64,000 bases of DNA from Chiloscyllium plagiosum. Its lineage: Eukaryota. Position numbers and translations under genes: made by a program. Where the stretch lies: the NCBI RefSeq assembly GCF_004010195.1, contig NC_057749.1, positions 13,700,543-13,764,542 on the forward strand, given 5' to 3'. Shown here piece by piece: positions 42,401-55,016 of the stretch (within the stretch, counting starts at the first letter, position 1; each line of letters begins with the position of its first letter). The notes under the pieces were generated by a model. It was not told where the DNA came from, did no database searches, and saw only the letters and a program-made list of their open reading frames with translations.

Positions 42401-44891
42401 ACCCCAGCTAGATATACAGAAATAGACTTGGTAAAGAGAAGCAGATATAAATATTATTTGTAATGACAGTTTAGCAAAATGAAGCTTGGAATTTGATGAA
42501 GCAATGAAGAAGCTGCCATTTCTCAAAAGTTTACTTATATGAATATTAAAATATTGATGCTCCTTCTAATAATGCACAGATCCGCTTATTAGTAGCACAG
42601 TAACTCGCCTACGTGTATCATTTACAGGAAGTGTTCTGAAAGAATTCCAAGAGATGTTTGCAAAGTGTGTGATGTAATAACAAATGGTTGAAAACATTTT
42701 CAGAATGTGCAGTGTTTCCTAAAACACGGGATTGAAATATATGACGATATCACCTCACTACTTATGGCCCAAAACTCTTCAGAAAATGCCAGGAGTTCAG
42801 TTAAATATGGTTTCTAGTTCTATTAGGTTGGTGCAACACAGTGAAGCCGTGGGTACAAATTCCAGGTGGAAATTGATGGGTTGCAGGTGCAAGTTTTAGA
42901 CAGTGAGAGCACATTTGCTGCCCCAACTGAGGAACATTCTTGTTTGCTCAAATTAAGCAAAATTAACAGTATTAGGGTAACAGGAACACTGAAACGTTTC
43001 AAGAACTTCACCTTGGCAGTACAGTGAAGACGAATTTCTCTAGCTACATTACCTGGACCACTGGAATGTGCATATATGGTAGGTCCTATAAGTCACAATA
43101 AGTTGAAGTCTACACTACATTAATCACCTTCAGTGGAGGACTTAGATGAAACATTGGCTCATAGCCTTTCACTGAATTGTCCACAGCAATTAACAACTAG
43201 AAGACTCAGACATCTTGTAATCAGACACTAATCATAGATCTGGAGGACAGTAACAAACTTTGTCTTGATTGAAGAACATTTTGTTTTTATATTGCCTGTC
43301 TGTGATTGTGTTTACTTTCAGTTGAATTCCAGAACTCCTCTGAGTTTTTTAAAAAAGATATCTTGAATTAGTTCTGGAGTACTTCATCTTTCCTTTGGAA
43401 GTGAAAAATGTGACAAGTATGCATATTCATCTGGTGTGTGAATCATCATCACATGACTGGGATCCTTCCATTTTCTCTTCTCAGTCTGCTTGGTCCAGTG
43501 ATACAGCAGACTAAGGTACTCCTGAATCTTTCTAAGTTTATGCACAGATTTAACAAAATATTTATATGCTTTCTGGTAACATACAGCTCCGTCTACTAAA
43601 GAGGTACCAACATACGATACCCTGTACTCAGAAGTTCTGCATACAGAGGATGTCTTCATCTTTTGAATTCCTTGACTTATTCTCAAAAGAAAGTTCAACA
43701 TGAAGAGGTAGAAAGAGATTAGGTGGCATGCATCATGTGCAATTTAAGATTGCGACTTAATGAAAAAAAAATCCACCATTAGAGAGATCGTATGATTCAC
43801 TCACTCAAATCTTCAGTCTGAGTTAGGTGGCATGATACTTGGTGAATTACAAATGCTCTATAATTTCATCTTTCTCCTTTCCTTATATAACTCTAGCAAA
43901 CATCCCAAAGCACTTCAGCAGGAACGTTAGAATTTAAGAAACCAGACTCTCTGACTAACACCTAGCCACTCAAGTATGCTAATAAAAGTGCTCAAACAAG
44001 TATGTTTTAGAGTGTCTTAGGGAAAGTCAGAGAGCTATAGGGGAGGAGTTCTAGACCTGAGGGCCTAGACAGTTGAAAGCATTGCTACTAATGTTGAAAT
44101 GACAAAAATCGAGGATGTGTAATATGTCAGAATTTGAAAAGCACAGAGACTTCAAAGAGTTGTAGGACTGGAAGATGTTAGAGATGCGAAAGGACAAGGC
44201 TACAGAAAATTAAACATTTAATAAGCTGTGTTTTTATATCAGTTTTGTGCAGTTCCAGATAAATACCTGTTGCAAATTCACAGTGAGGCCAAAATGAAGT
44301 TGCTGAATATGTTAAGATTGCGGCTGGGAATACCTGGGAATTAAAATAAAATATTCCTAGCTGTTGATCTTAGTGAATCCTGCAATTTTATCAGCTGTGT
44401 GAAACCTGTGAAGAAGGAGCCAGCTGCACTAACACGGCATGCAGCCAATATAAAAGCTGCTACTGAAGCAATATTTCAGGAATTAAGAAGCACACCACTT
44501 AGGCTGATTAATACAGTTGCTTTAAAACATTTAGTGAAGTGAGGAAAAGCAAACTCCAGAAGTACTTCCCCATCTATTAGGATTAAGAGCCATGGGGGAG
44601 GTTTCCAGCAGCTGCAACTACAGCTTGTGGAGCCCAGGGCAGGTCTAGAGAAGTGCACTAAACATTATTTACAATTCCCTGTTGTTAGCATTCTAACAAA
44701 AATAAAAGGTTCTTCATCCTATTTTATTCCAGTCAACACTTTGACAAAGAAATTAAAAGATGAAGAAGCCACAGCATTGGTACCTACTCACACTGCTACA
44801 GCATGCTGAGCAAGGAAAAAGAAAATTCTGTAGAACTAATCTTCATTTTAAGGGAATTTTCTGTTATGCTAAAAACCAACAACCTAAAGCA

Positions 44892-45025
44892 CAAATAAAA
44901 GCAAAATAATGTCAATGCTGGAAATCTGAAATAAACAGAAAATGCTGGAGAAACTCACCAGGTCTGGTAGCATCTGTGGAGAGAGAAACAGAATTAAAGT
45001 TGAGTCTGCTAAGACTTCTCTTCAG
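44892..45025 (-). mobile_element. Truncated Penelope-derived terminal fragment with TSD
   Basis: Homologous to the 18929-19030 terminus; flanked by aacctaaagca (44881-44891 / 45026-45036). Confidence 0.7.
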
Positions 45026-48000
45026 AACCTAAAGCATGAACCTGTTTACTAGTGTACTGACTGCTGCTCTGATGACCATAAAGACATAGGAGCAAATATT
45101 AGATCATTCTGCCATCATGCCTGCTCCACCATTCAATCATGGCTGATAAGTTTCTCAACTCCATTCTCCCACTTTCTCCCTGTAACTCTTGAAAATGGTG
45201 GGCCTTTCTGCCTCTAGCTAGAGTCAGCTTTGTTTCTTTGCTCATCCTGTTGGCTAGCTAGCTATACTGTGCGGCAGAATTATGCAAATAGTGTAAAATT
45301 TAATGCCTGTACCAGACTGGTGGTCCATGGAGGCCTGCTGCCATGTCCTGTCCCAAGCTTGATGTAGAGTGATGTACCTCACGCTATGCAACCATTTGTC
45401 TCTCACGAACAAAGAGGTATGTCTGCAGCCCGTTATGGACTATGGCTAATTACCTGATACCTGCAATGCACGAAGAGACATACAAGAATGAAAGTCTAGT
45501 GTACTAGTTCAAAACTGATGAAAATCAAAAGCAGAAAACCTAAGAATGTACTAATGAAACAGAAACCTACAACAATTTAGAGATCTTCTAATGCAGTTCT
45601 TTCAGTTGTGCAAGTCATTGTAAAGAAAATCATAATTTATTCATCTGAACAAGGAGACTGAATTGAAAGGGAGATCTCCTCTTTAAGGAATACACCAGCA
45701 CCATGCAAGGACACATGTGAGAGAGTAGCAAATTCAAATGATCAAACGGTAAGGATGACCAGTCATTCTGCTTGTTACAACAAGCAAGAACAGTTTTGAT
45801 CTCCCACTGAAGAATCCTGGAAACATGGAGTACTGCCAGCATGCCTTTATGATTGCTAGCTGAGTGTACTGAAGCTTAATTTTTTTTTCCTTTTCTTTTT
45901 GTTGACAAACTGAACTGAAATCCAAATTTCCATCAGTTAATTTGAAACATTAACTTCATATTCCTTATTTGTACTAACATACTCTGCCACCTTTTCAGAA
46001 CTCAAGGTGGAAAAAGGAGAATTTTGGCTGTTGAGGGTTTAATTTATGAAACTGAAAATAAACATCAATACTACAAGTGGATCAAGCTCATTGGCAGGGA
46101 CCAATTTTTCTTTATATACCAGGTAACACTGCAGCCATGTAGACAATGAGCTTGCCATAGGGTCAATCATTCCTTTCCTCAGATGCTGAAAGCTGCATTG
46201 GTGTACTGGAAGTAATGCTAAATTTCATTGTTGACGTCTGCCCTCACAGGAGAAGGTTCCCAAGTTGAGATTTCTTTATGTCTTTGTAATTGTTATAGAG
46301 CCCAAACACAATGAATTACTGTTACAATTATAAGCAAAAGATTTCCAACCCCTTTGCATTAGTTTCACTGATGACCTATAATTGAGTCTTTTTATAAAAA
46401 GTGGGGTACCTACATTCAAATATAAATTATACAAATTTCTGGTGTCAATGGTCCAATCCTGTCTCTCCAACACAGGGAAGGAGGAGAGAGGGCATAGATC
46501 TTCTATCAGTTGTGGAAGCACTGGCGACACCCAATGGCTCCCTTCCCAGGGAGACCCAAGTATGAACATAATTGTGGAAGTAAGGCAGTCAGTTGAGTCA
46601 AACAATCACCCAGATTGCCAGCTGCCTAGGACTGTGGGTAGCCATGTTGCTCAGGCCCATGAGCAGTCTTATGAGATTCTCCAATCTGCCCACTTCTCTC
46701 CACCTATTTTTGGATGAGACTGAAGTACAGCTAAACTTTTAGGGGCAGGGACACAAATAGTGGAAGAATAGCTAAAATCTCTCACACTCCAAGAGAAACA
46801 CAGATGCATACATCCAGGCCACAGAAATGATAATCGGCCTAGGAGTCTCAAAACTATTTAAAAATATATTGTAAAAGACAATTGTATGCTACATTATACA
46901 TGCTAAATCCCCAAACGGATACAGATTTACAAAGGGCTTTAAAACAAAAGATCAGGTCTGTTTTGATGGGGCATTTTAATATTCCTGGAATTCAGTGACA
47001 CAATGCTTTACATTTCATTGTGATCGGAAGTGCACCTGAAAAATTTATTGACTCAACATGCTAATAAGCTTAATTCTTCTACCTCAGCGGAAGCACTTTC
47101 AAACTTTAAAGTTCTAACAGTACATGCAATAAACAATCTAAATGAGTGTTTATTAGCTCTATAAGATAGATTACTGTCATGTATGGATGAAGCACAGGCT
47201 GACTTCAAAAACCTCATCAATCTCACATCTTTAGTCAAGGACACAAGTTGCTGAGTGAATTAAGCTCACATGACTAAGCAAGAAGCCTTTGCATCAAATA
47301 TTGCTATCAAAATTAAAATATAAACTGTTACTTTGACAACAGCAAATGTAAATCAGTTACTTGCATACACAATTCATGGAATCAAGTTGCTCAATTCATT
47401 TCAGTTAGAAGTTTCACACAGTTGGCAGAGATGGCAGAGAATGAAAGATCTGAGTTACCCTTCTAAAGATAATTACATGTTATTTTAGAAGAATCAGTTG
47501 GATGGACCAAACAGTCTCTATTATTTTTATGCATCGTTGCTTTCCAGATTTACCCATATGCTGCTCAGAGAGGGAAGACCTGTTCCTCAGGCTTACAGCA
47601 ATGTATCCTTTATGTCTATTGCTAGCAAAGCAAACCAATGCCCAGGCAGGATTAACCAATCGTAATTCCTTCCTGCCCTAGATACTTACACTGTGCACTT
47701 CAAGATGCGAGGTTCAGGTATGACTATAATAGAAGAGCAAGAGGACTCATCATGAGGACTTTGAATGCTGAAATAATGGAGATGGGCTTTCTCTAGAAAA
47801 TTTAAAATGATCTGATCGAGGTCTGTAAGATCACAGAAGACATTGCCACATGTAGGAGAGAGTAAAACCAGGGGTCATAAATATAAGACAATGTATCAGG
47901 TAATGAATCCAAGAACAAAACATCTTTAACTGGAGAGTGGTGCGGACTATTAGCCTATGTGTATTTAAGGAGAAGCTAGATAAATGTATGAAGGAGAAAG

Positions 48001-49034
48001 GAATATAATGTATTCATGACAGGCTTGTGAATCATATAGAACATAAACATCTACATGGTTTAGCTGGATCTGTTCTGATAAAAGACTGTTGATCGGAAAC
48101 ATTAACTCGGTTTCTCTCTCTACAGGTGCGGTCAGAATTTCTGAGTATTTTCAATATTGTTTTGTGTTTCTGTGTGTGTATAAAAAATTATCCTCAACTT
48201 TCCAACTTAAGCATTTAGCTTCACTATTTGAATGCTCAGCACTACCACTGTGAGCAACATTTTTAAATAAAGATAGAGACTTTGTCTATTGTGCCTTGAC
48301 CAAACCATGAAGTACCATGGAACACACACAATGACGTGCCTGACATGAATAAGGTGATTTGGCGGGACTATTTGTAAGTGTCACTTCGAATATGAGCTTT
48401 TAAACCCTGGAAATAGAATTATATGTACACATGCGAGACAGAGAAACTGGAGGTGGAAAAATTAGATCTGAGTAGACTGTGTTCTGAATTGGAAGCCAGT
48501 AGGAAGGACAGTGCCTGAGCTTGAGGGAATAAACCAAGAAAAGCAGCATCACGATCTGACTTGGCTTGGATATCCACTGTAAGTTGATAATCTTTCAGTA
48601 ATTCTCTGGAGTTACAGTGTCAAAAAAATATTGAACATAGTTAAGAAGCTGCTTGCATGGGGGTAGGCCAGAGAAAAAAAACTGTCATGTGATTTATTTG
48701 GGGTTGCCCTGACTGCTACTCAAAGTCTGAATTTCCACATATGTTTTATGACACATTTAGCTTTCATTATAAATTTATTTATTTCAAGAATCAAAAGTGA
48801 ATGAAATAGGTTTCTCTATAAACCAGACAGAACTTCCACTTCATTTGTCTTACCAATGTCTTCTGCGGGTGGGCAAATCTACTCGGTCATCAGTTATTGG
48901 CAATTCTGATCATAATCCGTGTTGTGGTAGACTAAGAATTTGACTTCATCAGAACAATGAACAAAACAACAAGCAATTAGGACACATCAATAGTAATCTT
49001 TTAATCCTTGGGGAGCCACCAGTTACTGAAATAG

Positions 49035-50510
49035 AATCTCTAGGGAAAAGACAACTATCATTACCTTGGTCTATACCCCTCATTATTTTATCAACTTCTA
49101 CCAGATCGTCTCTCAACCTCCTATGTTCCAGTGCAAAATGTCCCAGCCTATCTAGTCTTTCTTTATAACTGTAACCTTCCATACCTGGCAACATCCTGGT
49201 AAATCTCTTCTGAACCCTCTCCAGCCCATTAAAATCCTTGTTATAGCTTGGCAACCAGAATTTGACACAGTATGCCAGAAGAATAAGTCCTTGAAAGTAG
49301 AGTCGCAGATAGATAGATAGTGAACAATGCATTTGGTATGTTTTCCTTTATTGGTCAGAGTATAGAGTATAGGAGCTGGGAGATCATGTTGCGGCTGTAC
49401 AGGATGTTGGTTAGAGCAGTTTTGGAATATTGCATGCAATTCTGATCACCTTCCTATTGGAAAGATATTGAGAAACTTGAAAGGGCTCAGAAAAGATTTA
49501 CAAGGATGTTGCCAAGACTGGAGGATTGGAGCTAAAGGGAGAGGCTGAATAGGCTGGGGCTGTTTTCCCTGGAGCAGAGGCTGAGGTCTATAAAAGCATG
49601 GATAGCATAAATAGAGAAAGTCTTTTCCTTGGGTGGAGGAGTCCAGAACTAGAGGGCATAGGTTTAGGGTGAGAGGGGAAAGATATAAAAGAGACCTATG
49701 GGGCAACTTTTTCATGCAGAGCATTGCGCATTTATGGAATGAGCTGCCAGAGGAAGTAGTGGAGGCTGGTACAATTGCCACGTTTAAAAGGCACCTGAAT
49801 GGGTATATGAATAGGAAAGGTTTAGAGGGATATGGGCTAAGTGCTGGCAAATGGGACTAGATTAGGTTAGGATATCTAGTTGGCATGGGCAAGTTGGACT
49901 GAAGGGTCTGTTTCAGTGCTGTATCTCTGTGACTCTAACAGGCCTCATCAATGTCCTGTACAACTCAACATGACTTCCCAACTCTCACACTCAAAGGACT
50001 GAGGAATGAAAACAAGTGTGCCAAATGCCTTTTTCACCACCCTGTGATGCAAACTTCAAAGAATTATGTACGCGCATCCCTATGTTCCTCTGCCCTACAA
50101 CACAACCCAAGGCCCTACCATTGATTGTGCAAGCCCCTAAATGCAATACCTCTCATTTATCCAGATTGAACGCCATCTGTCATTTTTTCAGCCCATTGAC
50201 CCATTTGATCAAGATCCCGTTGTAATCTTAGAAAGTCTTCTTCATTGTCTACAATGCCATCAATTTGGTGCCGTCCACAAACTTACTAACCGTGTCTTCT
50301 ATATTCTCACCCAAATCATTTATATAAATGACAAACAAAGGAGGACCCAGAACCGATGGCCGTGGAACACCACTGGTCACAGGCTTCCAGTCCAAAAGCA
50401 CCCTCCACGATTACTCTTTTTTCTGCCATTAAGCCAATTGGCAAGCTCACCCTGAATTCCATATGACCTAATTTTACTAATTAGTCCACCACGCACAACT
50501 TTGTCAAAAA
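49035..50510 (-). mobile_element. Minus-strand CR1 interrupted by a plus-strand CR1 (~49285-49937)
   Basis: The minus CR1 breaks at ...cacagtatgccagaaga and resumes at ggcctcatcaatgtcctgtac. The intervening segment is a plus-strand CR1 3' end (LWNELPEEVVEAGT). Confidence 0.85.
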
Positions 50511-50913
50511 CTAATGAATTTAGTTGCAAGTGAGCAATATCTATTAATTTTTTTTTAAATTGAGAAGAACCTTAATTTATAACAAAACCTTGCATGATTT
50601 CTATTAGATTGACAGCTAGAAAGGTCAACTGGGAATGGGCAAACACCCATATCCCATGAGTGAATAAAATATGGTCATAAATCAGCCATTGTGTTACAGA
50701 ATAGTGAAAAAGATTCAAAGGCTGAAATGCCCTGACCGGATTTGATCTTTTTGTTTCAGCATTAACATGGAAATGGTTTTGAAACAAAGTGTACCAAAGC
50801 ACCCCGTGCAAACCTCTTGAAGGATGGTGGCAGTTGGTAATGAATTTGCCATCCAGCTGATGCAAATGGGAATGAATATTGTTGCTCCATTGGTGATGGG
50901 AGAGCAGGACCAA

Positions 50914-51272
50914 AGCTCAGTAGTAGCAGTGTGCACTATCTAGAAGATGCACTGAAGAAATTGACCAAATATCCTCAAAGAGCACTTTCCAGACCCATGA
51001 CCACTTCCATCTAGAGACACAAGAGCAGCAGATATACAGGGAGCTCAGAAGTTTTCCTCCAAGCCAGTCACCATCCTGACTTGGAAATATATCTCTATTC
51101 CTTCGGTTGTTGGGTCACAATCTTGGAATTTCCACCTTACTGGCAATTTGGGTCAACTCACAGCAGGTAGACTACAGCAGATCAAGAAGGTAGCTCAAGG
51201 GCAACTTGGATGGGCAACAAACGCTGGCCAGCCAGAAACACCTACATCCCACAAATGAATACGAAAAAAAAA
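50914..51272 (+). mobile_element. LINE (CR1/L2 group) 3' fragment with A-tail
   Basis: ctcagtagtagcagtgtgcactatctagaagatgcactg...cacctacatcccacaaatgaatacgaaaaaaaaa; homologous to 29304-29670. Confidence 0.8.
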
Positions 51273-54002
51273 CTAGGCCTTCTCATTCATTGATGGTGCT
51301 GTACTCTTTTGAACATTGCACTTCAAAAGCTGAATTCTCCCTTTTTGATTTTCATTCTAATAGAATGCGGTTACTTCAGATGCCAACAGACAATCTATAT
51401 GTAACAAAGGTCCCTCCAATGCCTGCTGCACAGACATAAACCAAATAAAAACCTGTATACTCTCAACATCTAGTCTGTTTAGCGGAGTAGCTGCCAAAGT
51501 ATCCATGGAGAACAGACAGCAAAGTGGATCATGTAACTCCCTTAATAAAATACAAATCTGATTAAATGCAGGATTTGTTGATAAATTGGGAATTTCTCAA
51601 CTGTTGTAGAGTCATTGAACAGGAATACTGAATACTACACTTGAATTAATAAGCTTTATAACATTTGTCATGATTCAGGAGCCTTTAGCTTCAACAGAAG
51701 CATTAAAAGGATTATGATGGGGTGGGTCATGGCTTGCTATTTGTTACTGTTAACTAAATCAAATTCTCAGGAAGCTAAATTTTTCAGAACAGAGTGATTT
51801 GTTTTTAAAAACCAGATCATAAAATGCAACAAAACCAAAAACAATTTCTCTGCCTTCTGTGAAATGAGGAAAATTTAAAAGTTTCAAAAGTGTTTATTAT
51901 TTGGCATTAAGCACCAAAAGGGTTAAAAGTATAATTTTTCTTTGCAAAGCTTTGTCCATTCAGCAACTGCATAAACTTTAAAGATGGAAGAAGCTATTTT
52001 TCTCAATCCCTCTCTGATGGGACACAACAAACCTTTTGAAGTTCAGTTCTATAACACAAGAATCCAAGCCAGGAATCCAATTTTAGGAATGCTTTATGCC
52101 TACTAATTATATAAAATAAACCACCATGAGTCAGTCAGTGAAAATAAAGATTTCACTGTATGTTAAACTCTTATGATAATTCCAAACTGTAGCTGGAATG
52201 CAGAACTCCATGGCTGAGTGATACATTTTGCCTCTGAACAAAGGCTAGGGTTTGAAGTCCAAGAATGGAAGCTAGAAGACAAGGATTTTGTTATATTAGT
52301 GTGTATGATTAGAAACAAATGATTTAAAAGTGTACCTGAGAGACTTTGCCAGTCAGGCAAATGCTGGAAGTGAAAAAGTAAAAATGAAAAACGATGGAAA
52401 TGCACACTGATTTTGTTAGCATCTCAAAACCAATGGGGAAGATTAACAAATCTTAAACGATCTTTTTTTCTTTAGATGCTATTAGACTCACCTCAGAAAT
52501 GTCCAATGGAATGAATGCATATAAACTATAAACAGGCGGGGCTGTTCAAACCCAGTCTATTAAGCTGCAATTCAATTCTCCTAGCTTAGTCATTCTAAAC
52601 ATGTTCACAGTTTGTCTTGCTACCCTGTTTTGTTCCAGGCAATGAGCACTCATTGCCTGAAGATGCTCTTTCTTACATCTCTTCAGAAAGCATTTCTCAT
52701 GGGTTTTGTTTACAAATACACCCATTGTTTAAGTGATGGAGAATAAAACTCTATTTTACTTGGTCAAGAAACAAACTTGGGTGAACAAACAAAAATTTGT
52801 AACAAACAAATGCTGGGATAATTTTTCGACCAATTTCCCCTTACAGTCATTGGGAATTTAGTTCATTATTAGCTGAAATCACAAATTCATTTACGAATGG
52901 CTAACATCTGCCTGCATCCAATCACACAGATAATGCAACACTATGATAATCAATTTTGAATTACTTATTTAGAATTATTTTTGAAATCCACGTGACAATT
53001 TTATTTTTGTGTAAAATGATTGTTGCGCAAACAGCAAATACAACTGTACATGGTTTCAAAACAGCAAACCAATTGCTTCATAACAGCAGTATCAGACAAA
53101 ATCTCAAGTCACATAAAGACACATTAGGCCAGGTGACCAAAAGCTTGGTCAAAGTGTAGGGAGGGTTTAAGAAAAGTAACAAAGGAGGAGAAATAGAGAG
53201 ATGTGCATGTGGAGGGAGAGAATTCCATAGCTGAGGGCTCATGCAGTTGAAAGTAAGGTTGCCAACAGTTGAGAGAAGGAAATCAGGGATCCAGATGAAA
53301 CTAGAATTGGAGAAAGATACTATTCAACTGCATAACTAGTTATAAAAAAGAACACGGTGAGATCATGGAGAGATTTCAACACAAAGGTATCAATGACAAT
53401 AATAATTAACAATAATAAAGCTTGTGCAGGAAGACAAAGGGATGAATATTAATTTGGGCTGATACAGCTCTACATATTTGAATGGAAATAATGATTGTAC
53501 ACTGGCACAGGATGCTAGTGTGCCTACCTGTTAAACTGCACAACTGCAGCTTTGTACCATCTACTGTTGATATGCCAAGTTCCTAATGACACCGGAATCA
53601 GAGGAAAGTGATAAGAGATACTTCTGAATTTTCTATAGTGGAATGAACAACTCAAAATTCAACATCTTTAATGTACCCAGCAGCAGGACTGAGAGAGTTC
53701 GGCACAAAAAATTAATGAAACAATGATGCACGGGGTAAGAAAATCTAATCCACTTGTTCTTTAAGACATTAAGCAGCACACTAATTTCAGGTACAGGATT
53801 GATTGCAAGTATGAAAGTCTCCTCGTCGTGTTACATAACAAAAAGGCAGTAAAAGAAAATAACATGCATTTATGAGTGCCTCAAGTTCCTGGGATGTTTC
53901 AAAATTTTTTCCCATGTAATATATTACACTTTCACATGAAGATATTTTTATTCAGGCAAACCCAGCAGCCAAATTGCACGCAGCAGGTTTAATAAACAGT
54001 GA

Positions 54003-55016
54003 ACTAATAATCACTTAGATATATTTCTACTGTGGACATTTCGTGACAGTTTGATAAACACAAACCTATTTCATGCAGGATCTTTACCACTTACAGACAG
54101 GAAAATCTGTGACAGATCTACTTCCAGGTCAATAGGTGAACATTATCCAACTGTACTTGATAATGTACAGGTGATAAACTATTTAATCTATTGATTGAGG
54201 GAAGAACTTTGATTAGGATAATGGGATAACTTCCTACTCTTCTGTGAATGGCATGAAGGGATTTTTTACATTAGTCTCCAGATTCAGTCTTCATTCAACA
54301 ATTCATTCAACAAAGGTGATGCCCCAATCCCCTGTTTGTTTATACCCAGAAACAGACAATCAATGTAGAAAGACTCGTTTTGAAAAGCAAGCTTTAGAGC
54401 AAGGTACTAACTTGACTGGAATCCGAGGAGAAATATTAGGGCTGGAAACTGTATTCACAACTTGAAGGATTTGCTCAAGAGCAGTTAGACCTCCACCAAC
54501 TTGGAATCCGATTTGATCTGCATTATTCTGCAATAGAAGGAAAAGGAACATTAGTCAGAAACCTCACATTGTCATGTACTCAAGCTCCACTCACTAAGCC
54601 TCTTCCCTTTCTAATGAGATTTATATGACAAATGGTCGACAAGAAGACCAAGAGTCCTGCTGAAAGAAGAAAGGAGCTGAGTTATTCTCAAAGACAATTA
54701 CACTCCCACACTAGCCATTCTGAATTTCTTGTCCTTTTATTTGCAAAACAGCGCAATCTATCATTTGAAGTCTTTTTGACTTTATTATGATATGTAGAAC
54801 ATTGTTGGTGAATCCAAACGTTTGTGCATTAAATGTGACCATTAGGTCACCTATTGCTCAAAGTACAGTTGGATAATGTTCACCTATTGACCTGGAAGTA
54901 GATCTGTCACAGATTTTCCTGTCTGTAAGTGGTAAAGATCCTGCATGAAATAGGTTTGTGTTTATCAAACTGTCACGAAATGTCCACAGTAGAAATATAT
55001 CTAAGTGATTATTAGT
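54003..55016. repeat. Perfect 156-bp inverted repeat (54003-54158 / 54861-55016)
   Basis: Base-by-base reverse complement from actaataatcacttag...ctgtactt to aagtacag...ctaagtgattattagt; no mismatch seen. Confidence 0.97.
54412..54527 (-). CDS. SCAPER: SCAPER internal coding exon (NNADQIGFQVGGGLTALEQILQVVNTVSSPNISPRIPV-K), 116 nt, phase 0 to 2
   Basis: Minus strand has acceptor ttccttctattgcag|AAT and donor AA|gttagt, with a branch-like ctgactaa upstream. The peptide matches recalled vertebrate SCAPER NVADQIAFQAAGGLTALEHILQ...RIPPK. The split Lys codon joins the next exon in frame. Confidence 0.93.

Noticed and set aside
43384..46851. Several 60-111 aa ORFs
   Set aside because: No recognisable domain or consistent splice structure; expected by chance.
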